64,000 bases of DNA, from NCBI GenBank assembly GCA_034670305.1, contig JAXMNT010000013.1, forward strand, positions 1-64,000, in the 5' to 3' direction. Shown one piece after another: positions 27,599 through 37,300 of this stretch; the stretch's first letter is position 1; the number at the start of each line of letters is the position of its first letter. The DNA comes from Deltaproteobacteria bacterium (GTDB lineage Bacteria; Myxococcota_A; Polyangia; Polyangiales; Houyiibacteriaceae). The position numbers were made by a program, and so were the translations under genes. The notes beneath the pieces were generated by a model, which was not told the DNA's origin, ran no database searches, and worked only from the letters and a program-made list of their open reading frames with translations.

Positions 27599-28510
27599 GT
27601 GAGCCACGCGTCGCGCGTGATCGCCTTCGACGGTCCGCTCGAGCTCAAGCACACGCTCGGCGGCGCCGTGCTCGCGGGCGACCCGACCCGGCATACCGAA
27701 GCCGGCGCCGAGGGCGGCACCCACTGGCGGGCGACCTGGACACCCGAAGGGTCCGCGACCGTCCGCGTTCGGAAGCGCGATCAAAGCGTGTCGGCCGACG
27801 CGTGGGGAGACGGCGCCTCGTGGGTGCTGGCCCGCACGCCGGCTTGGCTCGGACTCGACCGGCCGTGGATCCCGACGCCCGACGTGCACCCCACCATCAC
27901 CGAACTCGCGCGACGCTTCGATGGGATCCGCATCGGACGCACCTTCGATCTGCACGCCGACACCGTGCAGACCATCCTCGGTCAGAAGGTCACCGCCCCC
28001 GACGCCGCCCACGCGAAACGGGCGCTGGCCCAACGCTTCGGGTGCGACGCGCCCGGACCCGACGAGGGGCCCGCCCTGCGACTGCTGCCCACCGCGCAGA
28101 CGCTTGCGAAGCTCGCGTACTTCGAGCTGCACCCATGCCGAATCGAACGCAAACGAGCCGAGATCATCCGGACCGTGTCCAAACGCGGTCGCCGGTTCTG
28201 GGCGCTGCGCGAACAGCCGCCCGCGCAAGCCACCACGGCGCTTCAATCGCTGCGCGGCATCGGTCCGTGGACCGTCGGGGTGCTGAACGCCGCGCTCGGC
28301 GACGAGGACGCGCTCGTGCCCGGCGACTACCACTTGCCGAACCTCGTCGCGTGGATGTTGGCGGGCGAAGAACGCGCCGACGACGCGCGTATGATCGAAC
28401 TGCTCGAACCCTTCCGCCCGGTGCGGCACCGGGTGCTCTTGTTGCTGCACGCGTCGGGGCAACACGCGCCCCGCTACGGGCCGAAGATGACCCGCCTCGC
28501 GTGGCGGTGA
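27599..28510 (+). CDS. HhH-GPD DNA glycosylase (AlkA-like)
   Basis: ILGQKV, HhH motif LRGIGPWT, downstream PGDYHL, LEPFRP.R. Confidence 0.85.
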   Translation: MSHASRVIAFDGPLELKHTLGGAVLAGDPTRHTEAGAEGGTHWRATWTPEGSATVRVRKRDQSVSADAWGDGASWVLARTPAWLGLDRPWIPTPDVHPTITELARRFDGIRIGRTFDLHADTVQTILGQKVTAPDAAHAKRALAQRFGCDAPGPDEGPALRLLPTAQTLAKLAYFELHPCRIERKRAEIIRTVSKRGRRFWALREQPPAQATTALQSLRGIGPWTVGVLNAALGDEDALVPGDYHLPNLVAWMLAGEERADDARMIELLEPFRPVRHRVLLLLHASGQHAPRYGPKMTRLAWR

Positions 28511-28534
28511 TCGAGAGCCGTTGGCCGGTGATCG

Positions 28535-29134
28535 CTACGGATCGAATTGGGGGCTGAGCAGGTCGAACGCTTCGCGACCGAGCTGCGCCAGATCCGCTTG
28601 CGCGCCACCTTCGAGCCAACTCCGAAGCACCACGCGCACCATGCCGAGAATGGACCCTGCCAAGAGCGCCGCCCGCCTGCGACCGACGGCGGTGTTCGGC
28701 TCGTCGCGCTGGAACGCCTGCTCGAGCGCCTGCTCGTACGCCCGGTCGAGCTGAAGCTCGCGTCCCATGAGCGAGGGTTCGCTCTGGATGATCGACCACT
28801 GGATCATCAGACGCTTGCGGTCGCGGCCGTAGCCGTCGGACATCGCCAGGCACGCCCGCCGAACCGTCTCGAAGGCCGACTCGTTCGGTCGTGGCTCGAG
28901 CAGCTGCTCAAAGGCCACCAGGCGGTCGTCGCGCTCCGGGAAGATCAGGGCCTCCTTGGTCGGGAAGTAGCGGAACGCGGTGCGGCGGGAGACGTCTGCC
29001 CGTTCGGCGATGTCGTCCATCGTGGTCGCGCCGAATCCATCGGCTGCGAACAACTCGTAGGCGGCCTCGATCAACGCAGCTCGGGTCGCCGACTTGCGCC
29101 GCTCACGCCGGCCCGGCGTCGTTTGGGTCTCCAT
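28535..29134 (-). CDS. TetR-family transcriptional regulator
   Basis: RRERRK..TR, GF.ATT.DDIA..ADVSRRT.FRYF.TKE. Confidence 0.95.
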   Translation of the reverse strand: METQTTPGRRERRKSATRAALIEAAYELFAADGFGATTMDDIAERADVSRRTAFRYFPTKEALIFPERDDRLVAFEQLLEPRPNESAFETVRRACLAMSDGYGRDRKRLMIQWSIIQSEPSLMGRELQLDRAYEQALEQAFQRDEPNTAVGRRRAALLAGSILGMVRVVLRSWLEGGAQADLAQLGREAFDLLSPQFDP

Positions 29135-29148
29135 GGCGCGAAGCTACA

Positions 29149-29163
29149 TGACACCGAGTGTCA
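29149..29163. promoter_or_regulatory. inverted repeat TGACAC-N3-GTGTCA, probable operator of the leftward TetR
   Basis: tgacaccgagtgtca, 15 nt upstream of the ATG at 29134. Confidence 0.65.
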
Positions 29164-29203
29164 AATGCCGGACAAAGGAGAGTTTTCTCACCCCACACAG
29201 TTG

Positions 29204-29221
29204 TAATCAAACGTTTGATTA
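29204..29221. promoter_or_regulatory. 18-bp perfect palindrome, probable operator of the rightward TetR
   Basis: taatcaaacgtttgatta, 15 nt upstream of the ATG at 29236. Confidence 0.75.
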
Positions 29222-29235
29222 GTTACAGAGTGGGC

Positions 29236-29877
29236 ATGGCCAGGCCCGTGAACGCGAACGCTGAAGAGACCCGACTGCGTATCCTCGAGAGCGCGACCCT
29301 CCTCTTCTCGGAGACCGGGCCGCAGGCCTCGGTCCGCCAGGTGGCCAAGGGTGCAGACGTCAGCGTCGGCATGGTCCACCACTACTTCGGCTCGAAGGAT
29401 GAACTCTACCAAGCGTGTGTGGACGCCATGTACGTCGAGCTCGGCACACTCCGGGCAGAGATCGCAGAGCAGCTCGGCAAGACCGCCGGCGAGGGTCTGC
29501 GCGAAGTCGTCGCAGGCGCCATCCGGGTCGGATTCCGCTTCGCCCGCGCCCGCCAGCGCGCCATGCGATTGATGATGCGGCAAGTCGTCGCGACCGGCGC
29601 GCTCGACACCGGGCGGGTCGACGAGTTCTTGCTCCCCTTCCTCGACCAAGCGTCCAAGATCCTGGCCCCTCTGCTCGGCGCCGAACCGTCCGCGCTCCGC
29701 CTGCCGCTTCAGTCCCACGTCTTTCTCAACGGCCGCTACGCCATCGCCGACGACCACGAACTCATGCTCGTCACCGGTGCGAAGTCGACCGAAGCCGCGC
29801 TGGTGCTCGTGGAAGACCACCTCGTCGAACAACTCTTCGCGACCCTCGGTTTCCCCGAGGCCCGCGCCCACGCCTGA
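29236..29877 (+). CDS. TetR-family transcriptional regulator
   Basis: MARP...RILESA..LF...SVRQVAKGADVSVGMVHHYFGSKDEL. Confidence 0.93.
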   Translation: MARPVNANAEETRLRILESATLLFSETGPQASVRQVAKGADVSVGMVHHYFGSKDELYQACVDAMYVELGTLRAEIAEQLGKTAGEGLREVVAGAIRVGFRFARARQRAMRLMMRQVVATGALDTGRVDEFLLPFLDQASKILAPLLGAEPSALRLPLQSHVFLNGRYAIADDHELMLVTGAKSTEAALVLVEDHLVEQLFATLGFPEARAHA

Positions 29878-29937
29878 CCCCAACCCCGACTCCGCGCGAC
29901 CTGGTCGCGCCCGAACCGCCAGAAAGAACCCGCCACC

Positions 29938-30885
29938 ATGATGACCGCGACCCACCGCAGCAGCGCGCCCGTGCCCTCCCCTGCCACGATGGAACTTCTC
30001 CAAAGTCCTCCGGCCGCTGTCGTGACCGAGACCGATCGACGCGAGGCGCTCTCGCTGCCGCTGAGCACGCGCTTCACGCTCGGCGATCGGATCACGCCCG
30101 TGCAGCAGGCCTTCCTCGACGAACACGGCTACCTGGTGTTCGGCGGCGTCGCCACGAAAGACGAAGTCGCGCGCATCCTCAGCGAGATCGACGACATGCA
30201 GACCCAGTGGCTGCAAGAGGGCCGCACCGAGGTGCACGGCATCCCGGTCTTCGTCGGCAAGGACGCGGACGGGAAGCCGTTCATCCAGCGCTTCGCGTTC
30301 ACCTCGCTGTTCAGCGACTACATGTACAAGTTCGTGCGGGACGAGCGGTTCGCGCCGATCCGGAGCCTGGTCGGCACCGAGACCCGCGTCGGCGACCACG
30401 AGAAGGACGGCCTCGTCTTCAACCGGAACCTCAACGTGCCGGGCTCGGCCTACCCGCGCCTCGGTTGGCACACGGACGGTCTTCGCGACCTGTTCATCAA
30501 CCGCGAAGTTCCCGGACCGATGCTCAACGTCGGCATGCACTTCGATCGCATCAAGAAGTCGGACGGCGGACTGCGCATCATCCCGGGGAGCCACCGTCAG
30601 GGCTTCTGGGACATGCTCACCCGCAAGCCGTACTTCGTCTCCCACGACGTGGACCCAGACGAGATCGCGGTCGAGACGGAGCCCGGCGACTTGACCGTGC
30701 ACGACGGCCGCACCTGGCACCGCGTCGAGCGCTCGCCCTACACCGGTCCGCGCAGCCTGCGCCGCACGATGTACGTGCCCTACGTCACCGACGCCTACGC
30801 ACCGAAGGACCAGACCTCCAAGACGCCCTTCTACCACCGCCTCGGCAAGGTGGCCCGCGACCTCCGGGTGAAGCTCAACCGCTGA
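29938..30885 (+). CDS. phytanoyl-CoA dioxygenase (PhyH) family Fe/2OG oxygenase
   Basis: F..HGYLV, WHTD (HxD), GGLRIIPGSH, PGD..VH....WH, conserved RR. Confidence 0.9.
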   Translation: MMTATHRSSAPVPSPATMELLQSPPAAVVTETDRREALSLPLSTRFTLGDRITPVQQAFLDEHGYLVFGGVATKDEVARILSEIDDMQTQWLQEGRTEVHGIPVFVGKDADGKPFIQRFAFTSLFSDYMYKFVRDERFAPIRSLVGTETRVGDHEKDGLVFNRNLNVPGSAYPRLGWHTDGLRDLFINREVPGPMLNVGMHFDRIKKSDGGLRIIPGSHRQGFWDMLTRKPYFVSHDVDPDEIAVETEPGDLTVHDGRTWHRVERSPYTGPRSLRRTMYVPYVTDAYAPKDQTSKTPFYHRLGKVARDLRVKLNR

Positions 30886-31009
30886 GCCGCCAGTCTCGCG
30901 AAGCGAGCCAGGCCCGTGGTGGCAGGAGACTTGGTACCGACCAGTGCACCTGCGCAGGCCGCAGGGCCGCCAGTCTCGCGAAGCGAGCCAGGCCCGTGGT
31001 GGCAGGAGA
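30886..31009. repeat. two identical 44-bp direct repeats separated by 36 bp (REP-like)
   Basis: gccgccagtctcgcgaagcgagccaggcccgtggtggcaggaga at 30886-30929 and 30966-31009, with an internal ctcgc-gaa-gcgag hairpin. Confidence 0.92.
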
Positions 31010-31028
31010 TATAGTACGGTCGGCGAGG

Positions 31029-32153
31029 ATGGCGACGTCGCGGGGAGTGATTGGGTACGGGGTGCTGAAGGCCGTCGCCATGGCGGTGGGTCTGCCCTTG
31101 TGCGTCGTGGTGCTGATGTCGATCGTCGGGGCGTTCACCGACAGCGGCTGGGCGCGCCTCGGCGGTGCGCTCGTGGTGGCGCTCGGACTGCCGCTCCTGC
31201 TCGCCGATCGACTGCTCCCGGACGGCGACCCCCAAGCCGGCCGCGGCATCCCCACCGACGTGATGGCGGTGTTCTGGCTGCTGGTGCCGCTCCTGGCGAT
31301 CGGTCCGGCCCATGGGATCACGGGTCCCTGGATGTTCGCCGAAGGCATGCGTCTCGCGGAGGACGGCGTGCCGAACCTCGGCGCGTGGACCGTCGCGCTC
31401 GGCTCCGAACCCACCGAGGACGAAGCGCCCTCCGAAGACGCGTCCGACGAGCCCTCCGTCGACGCTGGGGTGGCGACGGATGCACCCCCGGCCGATGCGC
31501 CGACACCCGATGCCGGGCCGCCGCCCGAGGTGGCGGACGAAGATCTCTCCCCGGCCGAGCTGTTCTCGACCTGGTCTCCGAGTGTGGTGACGATCGCGAT
31601 CAGCGGTTCCGGGGGCACCGGGTTCGTGCTCGATCGGATGGGCACCATCGCGACCAACCAGCACGTCGTCCGCGGCGCGACGCGCATCGGCGTCAAGTTC
31701 GTCGACGGGACCTGGGCAGACCGGGTGGAGGTCTTGATGGAGGACGACGATCTCGACCTCGCGCTCCTGCGGGTGCAAACGCGCGCGGCGCTGCAACCCG
31801 TGCTGCTCGGAGACTCTGAGGCGGTCCGGGTCGGAGAACGCGCGGTCTCCATCGGCAACCCACTCGGCCTCGAGCACACCCTGACCGACGGGCTGGTCTC
31901 GGCTCGACGCATGTACCGGGGCCGACAGATGATCCAGATGTCCACGCCGGTGTCGCCCGGCAACTCTGGCGGGCCGCTCTTCAACCTGCGCGGACAGGTC
32001 GTCGGGGTCACCACCATGGTGGTCGGCATGGGCATGGCGCAGAACCTCAACCTCGCCATCCCGGTCGACGTGTTGAAGGAGCAGATCAAAGAGGAGTACC
32101 CCGACCGCCGGTCCGCGGGCGGCGGTCCCATCGATGGGCTCGGCACATGGTGA
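31029..32153 (+). CDS. membrane-anchored trypsin-like (HtrA-type, PDZ-less) serine protease
   Basis: N-terminal TM helices, triad TNQHV / DLALL / PGNSGGP. Confidence 0.9.
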   Translation: MATSRGVIGYGVLKAVAMAVGLPLCVVVLMSIVGAFTDSGWARLGGALVVALGLPLLLADRLLPDGDPQAGRGIPTDVMAVFWLLVPLLAIGPAHGITGPWMFAEGMRLAEDGVPNLGAWTVALGSEPTEDEAPSEDASDEPSVDAGVATDAPPADAPTPDAGPPPEVADEDLSPAELFSTWSPSVVTIAISGSGGTGFVLDRMGTIATNQHVVRGATRIGVKFVDGTWADRVEVLMEDDDLDLALLRVQTRAALQPVLLGDSEAVRVGERAVSIGNPLGLEHTLTDGLVSARRMYRGRQMIQMSTPVSPGNSGGPLFNLRGQVVGVTTMVVGMGMAQNLNLAIPVDVLKEQIKEEYPDRRSAGGGPIDGLGTW

Positions 32154-32166
32154 AGCGGAGGCGCGC

Positions 32167-33627
32167 GTGAACAAACGCCAGCGGCTCATGCTCGTGCTGC
32201 TCCCGGCGCTCCTCGGCGGACTGGGCTTCTTCGCGTACCTGCGCCTCGACGGGGCGACCGTGCCCGATCTGAGCGCCGTCGCCGCGGCTGCCGAAGTCGC
32301 CGAACGCGAGGCGGACGGCGAAGGCGGCGAAGCGACCGACACGACCGAGGTCGCCGGTACCGACACGCCGGTGCCCCCTGGGGTCGACGGCGGCCCGCCC
32401 GTGGATGCCGGCGCCCCGGTGGAACTCACCCAGCTTCGCGTCGTGGGTCTCGGCGCCGATTCGCTCGCCCCCGGCATCCTCGCCAACGGCGGCCGCGAAG
32501 GCGGCCCGGAGAGTCGGTTCACCGCCGCGGGTCTCTCGGCAACCTTTCGCGCTTCAGACGACGCCTCAGCGGTGGAACGCGCGCTGGCGCTCGGTGGCGA
32601 TGCCGAAGATGGCGCCCACCTCATCGTCTTGCCGCTCCCCACCTTCGTCGCGTCGTACGAACGGCTCAAGGCGCTCGACCCGCGCATCGTCGGTGTCGCC
32701 GCCTGGTCCAGCGGACGGGACGCGTTCTACGGTCCGTCCCGGGACAGCCTGGCCGAACGAAGGCGCGGGAACGTGCGCCTGTGCGGACCACGCAGCGGCC
32801 CCGCCACCTTCCTCTCCCTCTACCTGCTCGAACTCTCCGGAACCGGACTCGACGCCATCACAGTGGCTGAGAACAACTGCGTGAGCGAGTACCTCTCGGT
32901 GGACCGCGGGGGCAGCACCGAAGGCAACGCGTCGAGGCTGGTCGCGACCACCGCGGATGCGTCCACGCTGATTCCGTGGGTCTTCGTCGCACCGGAAGCG
33001 ATGGTCGAAGGCGAGGCGGAGCGTGGTGTCTTGGCCCGCTGGATGAAGGTCTGGTTCGAAGGGGTCTCCACGCTGCGCTCGGACGTACCCGGCGGCGCCC
33101 GCACGATCGCAGGCGAGACCAGCGCGGACCCGGTCTCGTTGCTTCAAAGGCTCGGACAGGTCGAGATCGCGGACCTCGCGCAGAACGCGGCGGCGTTCGG
33201 ACTCTCCGGGAGGGACTCGGTGACGATCGGCAGCCTGTTCGGCGAGACCTGGCGGGTCTGGCGCACCACCGGCGTGCTCGCGACGCCAGCGCCGGAGTCC
33301 GTGCCGCTCGACACCCGGGTGGTCGCAGCGGCGGTCCGCGCGAGCTCGGCGCGTCCGGAAGCGCCCAGTCGAAGTGCGCCCTCGTTCGACACCCACGTCC
33401 TGCTCAGCCATCGGCTCAGCGCCGAGGAGCGGGCCGACGTCGTGCATCGGATCGGCTGGCTCGCGGGTCTCTTCCCCCGGTCGGGGATCGAACTGCGCTC
33501 GAGCCAGAACGAAGGCCGCCGCAACGCGATCGTGCAAGAAGCCCGAGCCCGGTTCGGGCTGTCGGAAGAACGGGTTCGAGCGCGACGCGGGCGGCAGGAC
33601 ACGCTCGTCGTCTACGCCGTTCAGTAA
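32167..33627 (+). CDS. membrane-anchored protein with probable periplasmic-binding fold
   Basis: N-terminal TM, G..ANGG, WSSGRDA and A.....N...FGL motifs reminiscent of NMT1/THI5-like binding proteins. Confidence 0.55.
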   Translation: MNKRQRLMLVLLPALLGGLGFFAYLRLDGATVPDLSAVAAAAEVAEREADGEGGEATDTTEVAGTDTPVPPGVDGGPPVDAGAPVELTQLRVVGLGADSLAPGILANGGREGGPESRFTAAGLSATFRASDDASAVERALALGGDAEDGAHLIVLPLPTFVASYERLKALDPRIVGVAAWSSGRDAFYGPSRDSLAERRRGNVRLCGPRSGPATFLSLYLLELSGTGLDAITVAENNCVSEYLSVDRGGSTEGNASRLVATTADASTLIPWVFVAPEAMVEGEAERGVLARWMKVWFEGVSTLRSDVPGGARTIAGETSADPVSLLQRLGQVEIADLAQNAAAFGLSGRDSVTIGSLFGETWRVWRTTGVLATPAPESVPLDTRVVAAAVRASSARPEAPSRSAPSFDTHVLLSHRLSAEERADVVHRIGWLAGLFPRSGIELRSSQNEGRRNAIVQEARARFGLSEERVRARRGRQDTLVVYAVQ

Positions 33628-33724
33628 GTCCCGGGCGACGGAACACGAACAGCCGCTCCACAAGGCATGTGGGCGGCTGCTTGGCGAGGACCTCGGGCGA
33701 CGACGCCCGGAGGTCGAGGAAGTA

Positions 33725-34018
33725 CTATTTGGCTCGGAAGACGATCATGCCGTGGCTGAGATCGTAGGGGCTCAAGGCCACCGTCACGCGATCGCCGAGA
33801 ATGACGCGGATGCGGAACTTGCGCATGCGGCCGCAGAGCTGGGCCCGCACCTTGGCACCGTTGTCCGTCTCGATCTCGAACTGTCCGCCAGCGAAGACGT
33901 TGATCACCGTGCCATCAAGTTTGATGTGGTCATCACGCTTCTCCATCTGGGTGAAATCGCGGCGTTTTTTCTTCTTGCCGCCGCCCCGCCTGGGGGGCCT
34001 TCGCTTCCTGGTCGCCAA
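33725..34018 (-). CDS. infA: translation initiation factor IF-1 with probable basic N-terminal extension
   Basis: G.V...F.I..DNG..V.A...GRMR..RIR...GDRVTVALSPYDL..G.I.FR. TTG start with AGAGGA RBS; alternative ATG at 33946. Confidence 0.9.
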   Translation of the reverse strand: MATRKRRPPRRGGGKKKKRRDFTQMEKRDDHIKLDGTVINVFAGGQFEIETDNGAKVRAQLCGRMRKFRIRVILGDRVTVALSPYDLSHGMIVFRAK

Positions 34019-34184
34019 AATTCCTCTATTCGTTTCTGGGGGTGTGGAGTCGACTTCAAAAGCTGAAGCCGCGGGCACCCTAATGCCGGACGGGTGCACT
34101 TGCCACCGCCCGGGACGGGAGATAGCAGATCATCGAACCGGCGCTAATCGCCGGCCCCGATGTGTTCCTGGGATATTCGACGCG

Positions 34185-34360
34185 GCGAAGCCGAGCGAAG
34201 CGAGCAAGCCGTGTCACCGGGACGGGGTTTGGGGGCTGTGCCCCCAAGAATATCGTCTCTCGCGAGGGAGGCTCTGCTTCAGAGCCGTTTCCCAGGGCCC
34301 CAAGAAAGCCGAAGGCGTCTGGGCCCGCAGGAACCCCGCGAGAGACCAGCAATATTGGGG
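34185..34360. other. multi-hairpin structured intergenic element (REP/MITE-like or ncRNA)
   Basis: Stems ttgggggc/gcccccaa (34229-34247) and gtctctcgcg/cgcgagagac (34255-34346), the latter enclosing ggctctg/cagagcc and gggccc...gggccc. Confidence 0.6.
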
Positions 34361-34370
34361 CGGTCGACCC

Positions 34371-37300
34371 CTATGGGCAGAGGGTGCCTGCCCCGGTGTT
34401 GGCGTCGCCCCAGCCCTGCTCGAGCACGCCGCTCGGGCTCGCGCCCCAAGCGGTGAGCGCGGCGCAGGGGTCGAGGACGAAGGCATCCGTCCCGAAGTTG
34501 GCCCGCTCGTCGAAGGTGCCCGAGCCGGTCGGGTTGCCGTAGAGCAGCGGGTGGACGGGCGTGAATGCGTCGTACATCTCCCACTGGTCGACGACTTCGC
34601 TGGTCGTCCCATTGTCCACGATGACGTATACGATCGGGTTCACCCCTCGGTAGTCGACGGCGAACCCGAAGGTGGCGCTCATGTTGGTGTACGGGGTGAT
34701 GTAGATGATGTTCTGCCACATGCCGCCGCTCGTGTTGATCGAGATGCTGGGCGGGACGTTGTCGGCGCTGTAGGGGTTGAGGTCCCCGTCCCAGATCGCG
34801 ACGCCGCCGCCCTGGTTCACGGTGCCCCCGAGGCGGGTGAGCTCGTAGTACCAGAACTCGCCGTAGAGCCCTTGGTTGGCGCGGATGCCCATCTTGTCGA
34901 CGGCCACCCACTGCGCGCTGCGCGCGTCGCCGCTGAGCACGATGCCGGCCCCGCGGTTCGGGTCGGTGAGATCGAGCTCGACCGGATCGAACTGCGGAAG
35001 CGTGCCGGTCACGGTGACGAGCACGATCGCCTGTCGGCGTCCGCCGTCCGAATCGGTGATGGTCGCCCGAAGCGGATGCAGACCGAGCTGGGTGGGGGTC
35101 ACGGTGAACGATCCCCCTGAGCCGGAGACCCGCTCGTTGTACACGGTCGCCATGTCCTCCCACTGAATCATGGAGGTCAGCGTTCCGTCCTCGGCGTCGG
35201 AGGCGGTCGCGGTGACGGTCACCGGAGAGCCGAGCGCGATGGACTGGTCGGAGCTCACACTCAGCGTCGGCCGCGTGTTCAGCGTGCCCATGCCGGTGTC
35301 GCCGAAGCCCAGCACGAGGTTGTCGGCCACCTCCTCCAGCGGGTCCGAAGCGCTCGGATCGTCGGCCCGCAGGATCGCCTCCGGGTCGTAGTAGAACGGC
35401 CGGTTGGTCGTGTCGTTGCCGAAGTTGATCGACGCCTCCGGACCGACCTTGCGGCGGGCGCCCGTCAACATCACGTGCAGCGGCGCCGTCATCATGTTCA
35501 TCGTCACGCTGGCTTCCACGATGGGCGTTCCGTAGTTGTCGACGATCATATGCACGATCGGGTTCGCGCCGCGGTAGTCGACGACGAACCCGTAGGTGTC
35601 GGTGGAGTAGCGATCGAAGCCGCCGAGGTACCCGCCGTTGTAGAAGTAGGACCCCCCGGTGTCGGTGGAGAAACCGTCTCCGTCTTGGCCCGGGAACGAG
35701 TGGAAGGCGATCGTGGTTCCGCCAACGCCGATGTTCATCAACCCGAGCGGCGTGTTCACACACCCTTCGGGCGCTTCGGTTGCGTCGCAGTCGTGCGGAC
35801 GGATGGTGCCTTCGAAGTAGTAGACCTCGGTCCCACCGCTCGCGACGGAGCAGTCGGAGCGCACGCCCGATGCGTTCAAAGAGTTCCACTCGATCGATTG
35901 GCCGTCCGCGCTGACGACGAGGTCCGTGTCCGGGCTCTTGTCGGTGCGGCTGAGCTCGCAATGGAAGGTGCCCGGGGCGGTGGTGACCACCATGTCCATC
36001 GCGATGTCCGTGAACCCATTGGCGTCCGTGACCCGCTGCCGGACCGTGTACGTGCCCGCGTCGGTGTACGTGTGCGCGGTCGCCGCCGCGAACCCGCCGC
36101 CCTCGCCGAAGTCGTAGTGCGTCTGCGTGATCGCCGCGTCTCCCGCGGTGGCCATGCTCGACACCGTGACCATGACTGGCGTCGTGCCACTCGTCGGTGT
36201 GACCGTGAACGCCGCCGTCGGTCCGATGACGCAGGTGTTGCCCACGCAGCCGTCGGTGGCGCAGTCGCCCGCACCCACGCACATGTCGCCGCGTGCACAG
36301 CCGGGGCAGCTGCTGCCGCAGTCGGTGTCGGTCTCGGTCCCGTTCATGATCCCGTCGGAACACGAGGGGCCCTGGCAGACCATGCCGGTGCAGACGCCGC
36401 TGTCGCAGTCCGCGCCGATGCCGCACGCGTCGCCGGGCATACACGCGGAGCAGCTGCCGCCACAGTCGTTGTCGGTCTCGTCGCCGTTGAGCACTCCGTC
36501 GGTGCAGCTCGGCGCCGCGCACGTCATGCCCATGCACACGCCGCTCGTGCAGTCGGTCCCGCCGACACACATGTCGCCCACGCCGCAGTCGGCACAGGTG
36601 CCACCACCGCAATCGTCGTCGGTCTCGTCGCCGTTCGTCACACCGTCCGAACACGTCGGGGTCTGGCAGATCATGCCGCTGCAGACGCTGCTCGCGCAGT
36701 CGGCCGCCCCGCCACAGGCGCCACCGTCCGCGCATCCCATGCAGCCGCCGCCGCAGTCGACGCCGGTCTCGGCGCCGTTCATGACGCCATCGGTGCAGCT
36801 CGCGGAGCACATCATCGCGGTGCACGCTCCGGTGACGCAGTCGCTGCCGCGCTCACATCCGGCGCCGAGCGAACACGCATCGCAACCGCCGCCGCAATCG
36901 GTGTCGGTCTCACTTCCGTTGCGGACTCCGTCGTCACAGGCGGGCGACGCACAGAACCCGCCGGTGCACACGGCCGAGATGCAGTCCATGCCGTCGCCGC
37001 AGCGCTGCCCGACCCCACACACACCACAGCTGCCGCCACAGTCGACGTCGGTCTCGTCGCCGTTCCGCACGCCGTCGCCGCAGCCGGCCGCCACACACAT
37101 GCCGTCGATGCTGCACACCGAGGTGCTGCAGTCGCCACCCACCGCGCAGCCCTCGCCGAGCCCGCACGTGCCGCAGCGCGTGCCGCCACAGTCCACGTCC
37201 GTCTCGCCACCGTTCTGGGCTCCGTCGCTGCAGGTTGCGGCCACACAGAATCCGCCGCTGCAGACCGACTCGACGCAGTCGGTGCCGCCGCCACAGCGCT

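Noticed and set aside
30886-31009. CRISPR array
   Set aside because: Only two repeats, no cas genes, no AT-rich leader, and the core motif recurs in other intergenic elements. Kept as a REP-like repeat.
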